Source: Candidatus Woesearchaeota archaeon (lineage in GTDB: Archaea > Nanobdellota > Nanobdellia > Pacearchaeales > GW2011-AR1). From it: a stretch of DNA of 35,813 bases. Of this stretch, positions 16,501 to 26,679 are shown in pieces. Where the stretch lies: NCBI GenBank assembly GCA_964600865.1, contig CAZRJP010000005.1, positions 1 through 35,813 of the forward strand, in the 5' to 3' direction. How positions within the stretch are numbered: position 1 is the stretch's first letter; every line of letters begins with the position of its first letter. Under the pieces are notes generated by a model. It searched no databases and had not been told where the DNA came from. It was given only the letters and a program-made list of their open reading frames with translations. The translations under genes and the position numbers were made by a program.

Positions 16501-17109
16501 ATGTCAAAAAAAAGAACAATCCCTCAAGTATACCAGTATCCTGTTGTAGTTACAAACAAAGGTATTTGGTTAGTAAAACCTGAAAATCATCAAAAAGTAA
16601 GAGCTGCTTCTGCTAAAGATATTTTAGATTCTTACATTTCAGATAGAGGCATCTTTCACGCTGTTGAAGACCATGATTATGAATCAAAGATTGTTAGAGG
16701 TAAAAACACCAAAAGATCAAAAAAATTCAGGTATAATTATGTTTCAGTAATAGACAGTTTAACTGGAAATAATATAATGAACATTTATCCAGAAGGTCAA
16801 AGACAAAAACCAGTTGAAGAAAGACTAGTTAATCTTGATTTTTCTTTTGGGAAAAAAGGGAAATCTTTAGCATATGTTTTAAATGGGGAACAAGGAGAAT
16901 TATTTAAATCTCATGCTGGGCCAACCCCACCTGACATGGCATATAACCATAATGATAGTAGAGTTTATTTTTGTGGAAGAAGGGTAGCTAGATTTGACAA
17001 AGGAGAGAGGATAAGAGATCTTACAACTCTTTCTGCTAAAAAGCTAGATAGACTTCTTAGAAGAAAAAATCCTAAGTTATTACAAAGATGGAGATCCTTA
17101 GGGGAATAA
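16501..17109 (+). CDS. Hypothetical basic, beta-rich protein
   Basis: 202-aa ORF at operon spacing; no motif recognised. Confidence 0.7.
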   Translation: MSKKRTIPQVYQYPVVVTNKGIWLVKPENHQKVRAASAKDILDSYISDRGIFHAVEDHDYESKIVRGKNTKRSKKFRYNYVSVIDSLTGNNIMNIYPEGQRQKPVEERLVNLDFSFGKKGKSLAYVLNGEQGELFKSHAGPTPPDMAYNHNDSRVYFCGRRVARFDKGERIRDLTTLSAKKLDRLLRRKNPKLLQRWRSLGE

Positions 17110-17113
17110 GAAA

Positions 17114-17326
17114 ATGACAGAATATAAAAGATTTGAAATAGTTAAAACAGATTTTGGAAGCGAAGGACAAATCATAGGTGTAAGAAGGCCCATTTTAAGA
17201 TTTTTTAGGAAGGTATATGATGTAAGAGTAGAATATAAAACAGCATTAGGTAAAACAAGATCAAGGATTATGTCTTTTAGTGAAAATCAATTAGAAAAAT
17301 CATCTAAAAATAAAAAGGCAGAATAA
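17114..17326 (+). CDS. Hypothetical small basic protein, possibly SH3-like
   Basis: 70 aa, 4 bp after the previous gene; pattern FEIVKT...EGQIIG...YDVRV...FSENQLEK. Confidence 0.6.
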   Translation: MTEYKRFEIVKTDFGSEGQIIGVRRPILRFFRKVYDVRVEYKTALGKTRSRIMSFSENQLEKSSKNKKAE

Positions 17327-18631
17327 TTATTTTTTTTCAACTTTTTCTAAATCAAAATCAGTAATGCTCATATCTTCCATCAGTTTCTTATTACTTTTAT
17401 CTTTTTTCCATTTATTAAGAAATTCTTTAGCTGTAAAATCAATTTTTTCCTTAGAATATAATCTATGATTTTTAGTGTGTGTTTTTTTGTGTTTTTTCTT
17501 AAATGCAGCTGCATTTTTTTCATCTATTTCAAATGGACCTTTATGAATAACTTCTTTTTTATTTTTAACAGCAAAATAACAAAGAGCTTCTTTACCTCCT
17601 AAATAATCAAATCCTTTTTTCTTTATCTCAAAAAATTTCTTAATTTTACCTCCAAGATATTTATAAAATTTTAATAATTTACTTCCAGCAATATCTCCTT
17701 CTTGTTTTTTTGTTTTTATTCTTATTTTCAACAACTCAAATTTATACCTATTACAATAAGATTTAATTTTATGGAAATTTAATGTTTTTCTTTCAAAACT
17801 TTCCATTTTAGGATTTTTTAAGAATTTTTTACATGCTTTTTGAAATTTTTTAAATGTTTTATTACTTAAGGCAGCTAAAACATTTCTTTGTTTATATGTA
17901 GGATCAATAAGTATTATAGGAGAAGCTAATTTAGAGGAGTTCATATCCATCAAAACTCTTTTTCTACCCCTATACTGTTTTTCTATATCTATAACAAGCT
18001 TCTTATCCTCAATATTTAATTTAGACATTTTTTTAATAAACTTCTTAAAACCCCCGTAGTAATATATTAGCAATTCTAATCCATATCCAGAAAATCCTCT
18101 TATATATGATTCAGCACCATAGCATTTATTTGCATAACAAAATGATTTCGCTATTTTTATATCATCTAATATGCCTTCCTTTTTCACTTTTCTTTGAACA
18201 TAATAAACATGACTATATGATAAATCAGTAATATTTCTTGATAATTGAGGATTAATAACTTTTGCAACAGGAACAATCTCTAAATAAAAATTATCTTTAA
18301 GTTTTATTCTAAAATAATCCCTTGAACCATGTATCTTTTTTGTTTTCTCATCTTCAAGTATTTTTTTAAGTAACTCTGATAATCTATCATCCTGATAAGA
18401 AGAATCAAATCTCACAAAAACATCAATATCATACTTTCCTTTTTTTATAAGAGTTTTTTTTGCAAAACTTCCTCCAACAAAAATTTCTGCTTTAATCTTA
18501 TGTTCATCTATTTTTTTCTTAAATTTTTCCGTATATTCTTTAACACTCTTTTCAATGAATTTTGCGTCCTTTTTAGGAGGATTTATCTTCTCTAAAACTT
18601 TTTCAAGAATATTATTTACTTTTTTTGCCAT
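17327..18631 (-). CDS. cca: Archaeal class I CCA-adding tRNA nucleotidyltransferase
   Basis: FVGGSFAKKT, YDIDVFV, EIVP, TDLSYSH, YGAESYIRGFSGYGLELLIYYYGGF and IDPTYKQRNV. Confidence 0.93.
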   Translation of the reverse strand: MAKKVNNILEKVLEKINPPKKDAKFIEKSVKEYTEKFKKKIDEHKIKAEIFVGGSFAKKTLIKKGKYDIDVFVRFDSSYQDDRLSELLKKILEDEKTKKIHGSRDYFRIKLKDNFYLEIVPVAKVINPQLSRNITDLSYSHVYYVQRKVKKEGILDDIKIAKSFCYANKCYGAESYIRGFSGYGLELLIYYYGGFKKFIKKMSKLNIEDKKLVIDIEKQYRGRKRVLMDMNSSKLASPIILIDPTYKQRNVLAALSNKTFKKFQKACKKFLKNPKMESFERKTLNFHKIKSYCNRYKFELLKIRIKTKKQEGDIAGSKLLKFYKYLGGKIKKFFEIKKKGFDYLGGKEALCYFAVKNKKEVIHKGPFEIDEKNAAAFKKKHKKTHTKNHRLYSKEKIDFTAKEFLNKWKKDKSNKKLMEDMSITDFDLEKVEKK

Positions 18632-18668
18632 AAATTACCTAAGAAATCCATATTTATAAATCATACAC

Positions 18669-19076
18669 TTATTTTGGCTTTTTTATCTCTTTTAGGCTCT
18701 TTGTACCCTGTTTTAGTGTAGATGCTAGGTCAATTATATACTTACCTTCTTCCATTTTATACACTAATGGACGGTCTTTTCTAAATAAATTAACAATATC
18801 TATTTCAAATTTACCCTCTCCTATGGCTCTTACTGATTCAAAATCTAATATAACTGGGGCAGATGTATCTGTAATCCCTGCTATTTCTCTAATGTCTTTT
18901 TCAATCTTTTTCTTTTCTTTGTCTGGAATTTGTTTAGCAGGATTTTCCATTAATTTTTTGAACTTTTTGTCTTTTATATAAAAAAAGAAATGACTTTCAC
19001 ATTTACTACAACCTTCTAATAATTCTTTACTTCCTGCAGCATAAACTTTTCCGCAATGTACGCATTGGTGTGGCAT
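18669..19076 (-). CDS. oapC: Zn-ribbon protein OapC (DUF2072)
   Basis: MPHQCVHCGKVY...LLEGCSKCESHFFFY, ESVRAIGEGKFEID and EEGKYIIDL. Confidence 0.85.
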   Translation of the reverse strand: MPHQCVHCGKVYAAGSKELLEGCSKCESHFFFYIKDKKFKKLMENPAKQIPDKEKKKIEKDIREIAGITDTSAPVILDFESVRAIGEGKFEIDIVNLFRKDRPLVYKMEEGKYIIDLASTLKQGTKSLKEIKKPK

Positions 19077-19164
19077 TTTTCTTTTTTGTCTCTCTTTTAT
19101 TTTTTATATCAATTCAAAATATGAATTATATTAATTAATAAAGATGAATAATACTTATAAATTT

Positions 19165-19620
19165 TTACTTATTCAAGAACAATTCAATTTTCTTAGGATT
19201 TCTTTTTATCTCTTTAACAACTGTTGCAGGACCAATAATTGTAACAGCTCCTAAATCTCCATTAGAAAGAACATTAACAAGTTTGTTCCTCATTTTATTT
19301 AGCATATTTTTTTCATTGTTATTTTTATTATCAATAACTGCTAACTCAATTCCTTTAAAATTTTTAACATGGTCAATCATTGCCATAGTATCTCCAATAA
19401 GTCTTGTTTCTTCTTCAGGTTTTAGTCTTCCCTGTAAAATTAAAATATTGCTTCCAAGAATTATATCTAATATCTTTTTAATTCTTCCATTACTGTCTAA
19501 ACCTCTTATTTCTGAGAAAGGCATAAATCTTATAGAAAATCCCTTTATTTTCTTAGGTTTTTTCTTCTTGGACTTTTTCTTTTTAGAACGTTTTTTCTTT
19601 GATTTTTTTTTCTTACTCAT
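19165..19620 (-). CDS. oapB: DUF2073 protein OapB with Lys-rich N-terminal tail
   Basis: RIKKILD...ILILQGRLKPEEETRLI...TM...FKGIE...TIIGPA; lies between oapA and oapC. Confidence 0.85.
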   Translation of the reverse strand: MSKKKKSKKKRSKKKKSKKKKPKKIKGFSIRFMPFSEIRGLDSNGRIKKILDIILGSNILILQGRLKPEEETRLIGDTMAMIDHVKNFKGIELAVIDNKNNNEKNMLNKMRNKLVNVLSNGDLGAVTIIGPATVVKEIKRNPKKIELFLNK

Positions 19621-19657
19621 ATTATCCTCTTTTTCTATTTATTTGTATTTTTCTGTC

Positions 19658-19778
19658 TTTTATCCTGGTTTGATTTTTTTATTTGTTTTCCTTTTATTTT
19701 CTGGTTCTGTCTTTTATCCTGGTTTACTCTAAATTTTTTTGAAAAATTTATTTGTCTAATCTTTTTTGAAAAGATTAT
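19658..19778. repeat. Dispersed intergenic repeat with TATCCTGGTTT boxes and two palindromes
   Basis: 19658-19752 matches 28439-28533 (95 bp, 2 mismatches) and 19752-19778 matches 28563-28589; palindromes at 19730-19750 and 19757-19777. Confidence 0.9.
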
Positions 19779-19827
19779 CTATATATTATGTGAAATATAC
19801 TTTTAATTGTTACTATATTCTCCTTTT

Positions 19828-20469
19828 TTAAGCATTTTTCGCAAGTTTAAATACTGCCTCATAAAACTCCTCTAAATTTTTTCCATACTTAGCACTTACT
19901 CCCACTGTTTCATATTCTGGAAAAGCAGATTCTACTTTTTTAATATCTGATTTTTTTAAATCAGTTTTATTAGCAACTATTAATACAGGTATTTTTCTTG
20001 CTACAAGATTACCAATAATTGTAATATTAACCTGATTATAAGGATTTTTTGTGCTGTCTAAAACAACAACTACTAGGTCCATATCATCTAACCATTTGAT
20101 ACTTTCTACAACTCCTTGTGTAGCTTCTTTAGCTCTTTTTTTAGAACTTTTCTTTTTCATTTTATACTTTAAGAAGTCTTCATAATCAATTCTAGTAGCT
20201 ATTCCAGGAGTATCAACCATTTTAAAAGTTATTTTCTTGCCCTTATATTCTATTTCTACTTTTTCTTTAAATTGAACATTTCTAGTTTCATGAGGTATTT
20301 TACTAACACTCCCTATTTCTTCTCCAGTAAAGTCCTTACATATCCTATTTGCTAAACTAGTTTTTCCTGCATTTGGAGGACCGTAGAAACCCAATTTCAT
20401 GTCCTTTTTGTTCTTGAACATTCTAGAGAAAATCCCTTTAAAGAAGTTCTTAAAAACTTTTATCACCAT
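19828..20469 (-). CDS. oapA: Era-like GTP-binding protein OapA
   Basis: G1 GPPNAGKTSLANRI, G2 PHETR, G3 DTPG, G4 NKTD, G5 SAK, plus RAKEATQGVVESIKWLD. Confidence 0.9.
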   Translation of the reverse strand: MVIKVFKNFFKGIFSRMFKNKKDMKLGFYGPPNAGKTSLANRICKDFTGEEIGSVSKIPHETRNVQFKEKVEIEYKGKKITFKMVDTPGIATRIDYEDFLKYKMKKKSSKKRAKEATQGVVESIKWLDDMDLVVVVLDSTKNPYNQVNITIIGNLVARKIPVLIVANKTDLKKSDIKKVESAFPEYETVGVSAKYGKNLEEFYEAVFKLAKNA

Positions 20470-20517
20470 ATTACTTTTTGAGGTTTTAACTTTATTAAGG
20501 TTTGTATGATTTAATGT

Positions 20518-23283
20518 CTATTTTTTAAAAAAGGGTTTTTTATTTTTCGGATTTTGGCCTTTTTTCATTGCATTTTGAGGCAATTTATTTTGTGGTTTTG
20601 GTATACCTTTTCCAAATTCCTTTTTCTTTTTAAATTTATTAAGTATTTTATCTATTGGTATTTCAATCATCCCTGTTCTTTTTCCAAGATATTTTTTCAT
20701 AACATAGTTAATTTGTTCAGAGTTCCACCCAGTTTTTTTCAATTTCTTAAAAATTTTCTTTTCTTCTACATTTTTCTTTTTTTGCTCATCAATATAGTGA
20801 ATTAAATTAAATAGATAGTTTCTATTTTTAAACAAATACTTCTCATATTTTGTTTTGTACCAGTATTGTAGAATAATATAAATTACAAAACCAATTAAAA
20901 TTAAGAAAAATATTATTAGAATAAATAATGCCCATTTAATCCCTTCTTCCTCTCCATTTTCTACTATCTCTAAAATATCTACTTTTTCTAATGAAGGAGA
21001 AACAAATAAAGGTAAGTCTAAAAAATCCACATCCTCTGTTGTAGAAAAACTTAGTTTCTTTTGATTAGATTCAATTGGTATGCCCACATATCCAGAACTA
21101 GTTTTTTGAGAATAATTTTTATTAAACTTTAAATTTTCTAAATCTTTTATTATTAAATAAGGAGTGTAATCTAATGAAGACTTTTCTTTAACATCTAATT
21201 CAAAAACATTTATTATGGGTTTGGTATTTCCAGAATAAACCCCTTTTATTTTGCTACTTTTAATTTTAATATTAAAATTATTAACTTGCCACTGAATTAT
21301 AGAGTATTTATAATCCTCAGTATTTTCAACAGTATATTCTCCTCCTGCAATATTTGAGATAGCATTCAAATCAACACCACTTTCAAAAGGATAAAAATTT
21401 ACTGTTCTAGGGCTACTAATTGTTTTAATTGATTCTGGAATATTTAATCCAACCATCTCAGATATAATCACATTATAATCATCTTCTCCTTCTGCTTGAG
21501 AAAATGATCTTTGTAATTCCTCTAATTTGTCTTTTGTTTCTTGCGGTTTAATTATTTGTTTAACACTTTCTTTTTGAAAAGCTGGAAGAGAATTAATCTT
21601 ATTAGTAATATTATCTAAATTTGTTTGCATATTATTTAATCTTGTTCCAATAACATTTTTAGGAGAGTCCACACCCACTGTAAATGTCTTTGAACCAATT
21701 CTACCTTGATCATCAATAACTTTTATTTTAACATTATACGTTCCTATTGAAGGAAAAGGATATTCTAATGTATTAACAGGTGTTGTTTTTGTTAATTCAC
21801 CTATTGTCCATTCATAACTTGAAACACTTGAATTTTCTGCAACTTCTACATCAACTTCTAAAGTAGTAGGAAAAGAAGATATAGTTAAACTTGGGGTAAG
21901 AGACAAAATTTCAGGAATTCTCTCAACGATAATTTCTTCTGTAAAGATTTCTGTATCCTTTAAACTAAGAGTATAATTATGACTTTTAAATTCACTTGGC
22001 ATAGTAAAATTAGCATAACTTAAATCTATTTTTTTAAATCCTTCTGTACTTACCTGAGTGGGAACAGTATCTGCGTAGTAAAAATTATTTTTCTCTGTTT
22101 CAGCTCCATCCTCAAGCGTATAATCTATAGAAATATTTTCTAAGGTAATTGTTTGCTTTTTATTAGAAATTATTCTTATTGGAATAAAACATCCTTCTCC
22201 TTGACTACAATCTAAATCTGAATTGTATTTTTCAGTAACATAACTCCTTGCAATTTCATTTAAATTTCCGTCTTGAGCATCATTTTTAACAGTAATCTTT
22301 TCTGGAGTTCCAAACATTTTTGTTTGAATAAAAAATTGAAATGCTCTTGTTTCAATTGGGTTTTCTTCTCCCCCAATATGATAAAATCCACATCCTTCAT
22401 TTTCATCTCCATATCCTCTTATAGAAGATTCACTATCTCTTTCTGAAGTTATACATACATAGTAATCATCTGTTTTTGCAATAGCATAATCTATTTCACA
22501 TGCCTTTTTCTCTTCATTTGCAGAAGTTATTTCACACTCTCCCACGTGACTCCCTAGGTCATCTATAGAATAAAGACTAATTGTAGCTTCATCTCCTACC
22601 CCAATATCTAACCATGCACCGATTCTTATTTTTGGAGCTTCAGGAATTCTTATTCTTTGACAGTATCTATTAGAATTTTTTAACTTATAGGTTTGTAACT
22701 CTGATTCTGGTTTTTCAGTATCAAAACAACCATAGGATTTAGAATCTGAACATGTTCCTAATGAAGATTTATTATTTGTAATTAATAACTCTCCTTCTGC
22801 AATATCTACTTTTATTTGGCTTTCACAAGAGGGTTCAGCATTACTATACAAATCAAAATTAACTGAAAGAATATCTTTTAAGTTTTCTTCAAATTTTATC
22901 CCAACTATTTTTTCTGAATTAGAATCCATATTAAATTCTGTTGAACCAAATGATTCTTGAGGAGAATAATCTAATCTACAATCAGCAGTATCACAAGAAT
23001 AAGAAACATCTTGATTAAGATCAGGATTAGCTTCTAATAATTTAATAATCCACATAGAATTTCCTTGATTATCTTCTATTTTTGAATTAATTTTAATATT
23101 TTCTAAACTTAGATTAATCCATCCATATAATTCATCTGAAGGACCATACATATTATTTATAGAATGTGTCACATTTCCAAGATTAACACTAGAAGAAATA
23201 ACACCCATAGACAATATAAGAGATAAAATAATAAGTATATTCAAGATACACTTCTTTTCACTCTTTTCACAACCCTTTTTCAT
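20518..23283 (-). CDS. Large membrane-anchored surface protein with a PKD-like domain
   Basis: N-terminal signal, Cys-containing acidic ectodomain, YEWTIG...YPFPSIGTYNVKIKVIDDQG (PKD), TM WALFILIIFFLILIGFVIYIIL and basic cytoplasmic tail with KTGWNSEQI. Confidence 0.85.
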   Translation of the reverse strand: MKKGCEKSEKKCILNILIILSLILSMGVISSSVNLGNVTHSINNMYGPSDELYGWINLSLENIKINSKIEDNQGNSMWIIKLLEANPDLNQDVSYSCDTADCRLDYSPQESFGSTEFNMDSNSEKIVGIKFEENLKDILSVNFDLYSNAEPSCESQIKVDIAEGELLITNNKSSLGTCSDSKSYGCFDTEKPESELQTYKLKNSNRYCQRIRIPEAPKIRIGAWLDIGVGDEATISLYSIDDLGSHVGECEITSANEEKKACEIDYAIAKTDDYYVCITSERDSESSIRGYGDENEGCGFYHIGGEENPIETRAFQFFIQTKMFGTPEKITVKNDAQDGNLNEIARSYVTEKYNSDLDCSQGEGCFIPIRIISNKKQTITLENISIDYTLEDGAETEKNNFYYADTVPTQVSTEGFKKIDLSYANFTMPSEFKSHNYTLSLKDTEIFTEEIIVERIPEILSLTPSLTISSFPTTLEVDVEVAENSSVSSYEWTIGELTKTTPVNTLEYPFPSIGTYNVKIKVIDDQGRIGSKTFTVGVDSPKNVIGTRLNNMQTNLDNITNKINSLPAFQKESVKQIIKPQETKDKLEELQRSFSQAEGEDDYNVIISEMVGLNIPESIKTISSPRTVNFYPFESGVDLNAISNIAGGEYTVENTEDYKYSIIQWQVNNFNIKIKSSKIKGVYSGNTKPIINVFELDVKEKSSLDYTPYLIIKDLENLKFNKNYSQKTSSGYVGIPIESNQKKLSFSTTEDVDFLDLPLFVSPSLEKVDILEIVENGEEEGIKWALFILIIFFLILIGFVIYIILQYWYKTKYEKYLFKNRNYLFNLIHYIDEQKKKNVEEKKIFKKLKKTGWNSEQINYVMKKYLGKRTGMIEIPIDKILNKFKKKKEFGKGIPKPQNKLPQNAMKKGQNPKNKKPFFKK

Positions 23284-23305
23284 ATATAAAAACAGCTTTT
23301 GAGTT

Positions 23306-24397
23306 TTATAAATATTCTTTTTTTATGAGAATAAAATAAATCCCTGCAATTAAGAGAATACTGAGAATTAATCCATATGCATTAAAGAAATCTACCTTAA
23401 TTTGAGAAGGACAAGGAATTGGTTGTGTTTCCCACGGAAGACAATCCTCTTGATTAGAAGTATATTTTACCATAAAAAATTGTTCTCCTGCAGAGCAATC
23501 ACCTATCTTTTCCTCGTTTGGATAACTACATTCTGTATTTATAGATTTATCAGTACAATCTTTTGAATTTTCTGGGTCAGAAGTTTCTGCTGTTCTTTTT
23601 TGAACACACTTTCCTGTAGAGTCATCCCATCCACAAAAAGTATTTGATATAAAATAACAATCACTCCCTTCTGGGTCTTCTCTTCTATACTCTCCTCCAC
23701 CAACACTATTATTATCATCCTCACAAGTTGTTTGTGTTTCATAATTAGAACATAAACTTTCTTCTTGGTCAATAAAAAGAGTTTCATTTATTGTAACTAC
23801 ACCATTATCATAATCTTTACTATCTATTTCCCATGAAGATAATTCTGCTTCAGCCTTAAAATAGAATTCATCAGTATCTGATGCTTCAAATTCTTCACTA
23901 GTAACTAACCACTCTGATTTAATATCTCCATTTTCAACTTCCTCATTTTTTTCAGTTATTACATCTCCAAACCACTTTTTTTCTTTAACAAATATGGTTA
24001 CTTCATCTCCGTTTGATAATTCTTCCACATTCTTTATTATCATATAGATAGTGGTTTCATCTAAAACAACATTAACATCTGTATCAGGATTGGTTCCATC
24101 TGAACTCCAAAAAGCTATCTCATCATCGTCATCTCCCCCTGCACAATCAGGATCTACCTCATCGCAAACAGCACCAAAGTCCTCAGGGCAATACCCATCG
24201 TCTTCACCACAATAAACACAAGGATTTGAAGTTATTTCTGGAATATAAGCACCATGAATATCCGGATCACACTCCCCTGTTTCTGGATCAGTAGGATTAC
24301 AAATAGGATGACAATTATCTTGGGAAGAAACAAAAATTATATTACTAAATAATATTAAACATAATACTAAAATTAATCCAGCCCCTTTTTTAATCAT
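23306..24397 (-). CDS. Cys-rich, highly acidic secreted protein with C-terminal membrane anchor
   Basis: Signal peptide, about 18 Cys in two clusters, D/E-rich, ending VDFFNAYGLILSILLIAGIYFILIKK. Confidence 0.82.
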   Translation of the reverse strand: MIKKGAGLILVLCLILFSNIIFVSSQDNCHPICNPTDPETGECDPDIHGAYIPEITSNPCVYCGEDDGYCPEDFGAVCDEVDPDCAGGDDDDEIAFWSSDGTNPDTDVNVVLDETTIYMIIKNVEELSNGDEVTIFVKEKKWFGDVITEKNEEVENGDIKSEWLVTSEEFEASDTDEFYFKAEAELSSWEIDSKDYDNGVVTINETLFIDQEESLCSNYETQTTCEDDNNSVGGGEYRREDPEGSDCYFISNTFCGWDDSTGKCVQKRTAETSDPENSKDCTDKSINTECSYPNEEKIGDCSAGEQFFMVKYTSNQEDCLPWETQPIPCPSQIKVDFFNAYGLILSILLIAGIYFILIKKEYL

Positions 24398-24454
24398 AAA
24401 ATAAAATAGGATTTGAGTTTTATAAAGTTTCTTATGAGGAGCATTTTAGAATTA

Positions 24455-25894
24455 TTACCCTATACAAACAATTAATGGTTTCAATTTAGCAACTTTCTTG
24501 CTAATACCTAAATCATCAACTACTCTAACAACCTCATTTATATCCTTATAAGCATAAGGCCCTTCTTGGCTAATTGACTTCCATCCTCCAGATGCTCTAA
24601 GTTCAATACCTTCTTTCTTTAACATTTTTTTTACTTCCTTGCCAGTCATTTCTTTCATTGCTTTTCTTCTACTTTTAATTCTTCCAGCACCATGAACTGA
24701 ACTTCCCCATGTAAGTTTTTCTGATTTTTTTGTTCCAACTAAGACATAGCTTGGAGTTGCCATGCTTCCTGGAATGAGAACAGGCTGTCCAACATCTCTA
24801 TATGCTTTTGGCACTTCAATTCTTCCTTTTCCAAATGACCTAGTTGCACCTTTTCTATGAACACATACCTCTTTCATTTTTCCATTAATATCAAACTTTT
24901 CAAATTTTGCAATATTATGACATACATCATAGACAACATCTATTTTCAAATCTTTTTTTTCTGAAAATAAATGAGCCATTTCCTCTCTAACCCAATGAGT
25001 AATTATTTGTTTATTAGCAAAAGCAAAATTTGCAGCACATGCCATTGCTTTGTAATACTCTTTTCCTAACTTACTTTTTATGGGTGCATTTATTAATTGT
25101 CTGTCTGGCAAGTCCTTGAATCCATATTCTTTTTCCATAGCCTTAATATAATCTGAAGCAACTTGATGCCCTAACCCTCTTGAACCGCAATGAATCATTA
25201 TTGTTACTTGTCCTTTTTTTAATCCAAAGGCCTTAGCAGTTTCTTTATCAAAAATATCTTCTACATAATGAATATCTAAAAAGTGATTTCCAGAACCAAG
25301 TGTACCCAATTGTCCTAATCCTCTTTTTATTGCCCTTTTAGAAACTTTTGAAGAATCTGCACCTTTTATACACCCTTCTTCTTCCATATGTTGGTAATCT
25401 TCTTCAGAACCATATCCTTTTTTTACCATATAAGGAACACCTTTTTCTAACATCTCCTTAAATTCTTTTTTATTAATTTGAAACTGGCTTCCTCTCCCTA
25501 ATCCTGAAGGAATCTTCCTAGAAATTTGGTCAGCAATTTCTTTTTGATTTTTTATAATATCTTCTTTTGTTAAGTTAGTTCTTAAAAGTCTTACACTGCA
25601 GTTAATATCAAAACCAACACCACCTGGGCTTATAACTCCTTTGTCAAGGTCAAAAGCAGCAACACCTCCAATAGGAAAGCCATATCCTTGATGTGCATCA
25701 GCAACCGCAATGCTCTCTTTTAATATTCCCGGCAAATGAGCAACATTCTTTATTTGAGGTAGAGTTTTATCTTGTTTAATATATTTAATTAATTTATCAG
25801 AAGCATAAATTTTAACTGGAACATTCATCTTTCCAGTTTTAGGAATTTCATAGACATTCTCTTTAACTTTTTTTATCTCCTGAATATTAGCCAT
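24455..25894 (-). CDS. rtcB: RNA-splicing ligase RtcB
   Basis: DAHQGYGFPIGGVAA, GGVGFDINCSVR, LGTLGSGNHF, IHCGSRGLGH, YDVCHNIAK, HRKGATR, PGSM, HGAGR and AYKD. Confidence 0.97.
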   Translation of the reverse strand: MANIQEIKKVKENVYEIPKTGKMNVPVKIYASDKLIKYIKQDKTLPQIKNVAHLPGILKESIAVADAHQGYGFPIGGVAAFDLDKGVISPGGVGFDINCSVRLLRTNLTKEDIIKNQKEIADQISRKIPSGLGRGSQFQINKKEFKEMLEKGVPYMVKKGYGSEEDYQHMEEEGCIKGADSSKVSKRAIKRGLGQLGTLGSGNHFLDIHYVEDIFDKETAKAFGLKKGQVTIMIHCGSRGLGHQVASDYIKAMEKEYGFKDLPDRQLINAPIKSKLGKEYYKAMACAANFAFANKQIITHWVREEMAHLFSEKKDLKIDVVYDVCHNIAKFEKFDINGKMKEVCVHRKGATRSFGKGRIEVPKAYRDVGQPVLIPGSMATPSYVLVGTKKSEKLTWGSSVHGAGRIKSRRKAMKEMTGKEVKKMLKKEGIELRASGGWKSISQEGPYAYKDINEVVRVVDDLGISKKVAKLKPLIVCIG

Positions 25895-26679
25895 TTCCTT
25901 TTTTTCCTTTTCTTTTTCTTCTTTTTTTTGTTCTTAAAAAATTTATTAACTATTCTGATATTTTCATTAACTTCCTTTTTCTTTTCAAAACCTAAATTAA
26001 CCCCATCTGAAAATTTTTGGTTTAAACCATATCTAATTGCTTTACCTATTTTATCTATCATTCCATGAGCAAATAATTTAATTAAAAATATGTCTTTACC
26101 ATATTTTTTACATTTCTTTAATGCCCGTCTCATTTTACCTCTTCTAACTAAAAAAGTTTTATCATTATGAACACCCATAATTCTAAATCCTTTGTAATTA
26201 TATGGAGCAAGAATAAATTCAATATCTTTATTTTTTGCAACTTTTTTTATTATATTTGGTTTATGACTTGATAATCCAATATGTTTTATTGATTTCATTT
26301 CTTTTAAAAAAGGGATAATTCCTAAATATTTTTCAAGTTCTTTTTCAGAATCAACTGAATGCAATAATAAAATGTCAAGATATTTTGTTCCAAGTTCCTT
26401 TAACATTTTTTTAACATGTTTTTTTACTCTTTTTTCTCCAAAAGTATTTGTTATCTTTGTCATCAAAATCACATTTTTCCTATTTGCTTTTTTTAATGCC
26501 GCTTTCACATGTCTATGAGTGCCATAATTATCAGAGGTATCCCAAAAATTAACTCCTCTTTTATATGCTTTTAAAATTAATTCTGCTCCTGCCTTAGAAG
26601 TAAATTTTTCCATTCTTCCAGTTCCAAAACATAACTTTGAAACTTTCAATCCTGTATTTTTTAGTTTTATTTTTTTCAT
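25873..26679 (-). CDS. Aldo/keto reductase
   Basis: Start re-assigned to 26679 (MKKIKLKNTGLKVSKLCFGT, ATGA overlap with the archease stop); catalytic tetrad in WDTSDNYG, MTK and LLLH; IGLSSH. Confidence 0.88.
   Translation of the reverse strand: MKKIKLKNTGLKVSKLCFGTGRMEKFTSKAGAELILKAYKRGVNFWDTSDNYGTHRHVKAALKKANRKNVILMTKITNTFGEKRVKKHVKKMLKELGTKYLDILLLHSVDSEKELEKYLGIIPFLKEMKSIKHIGLSSHKPNIIKKVAKNKDIEFILAPYNYKGFRIMGVHNDKTFLVRRGKMRRALKKCKKYGKDIFLIKLFAHGMIDKIGKAIRYGLNQKFSDGVNLGFEKKKEVNENIRIVNKFFKNKKKKKKKRKKRKWLIFRR

Noticed and set aside
18669-20517. Replication origin next to oapABC, as for haloarchaeal oriC1
   Set aside because: Only 48 bp lie upstream of oapA, there is no cdc6/orc1 and no ORB with a G-string, the repeats between oapA and oapB recur in the pilus locus, and the strand switch at 17.3 kb is convergent.
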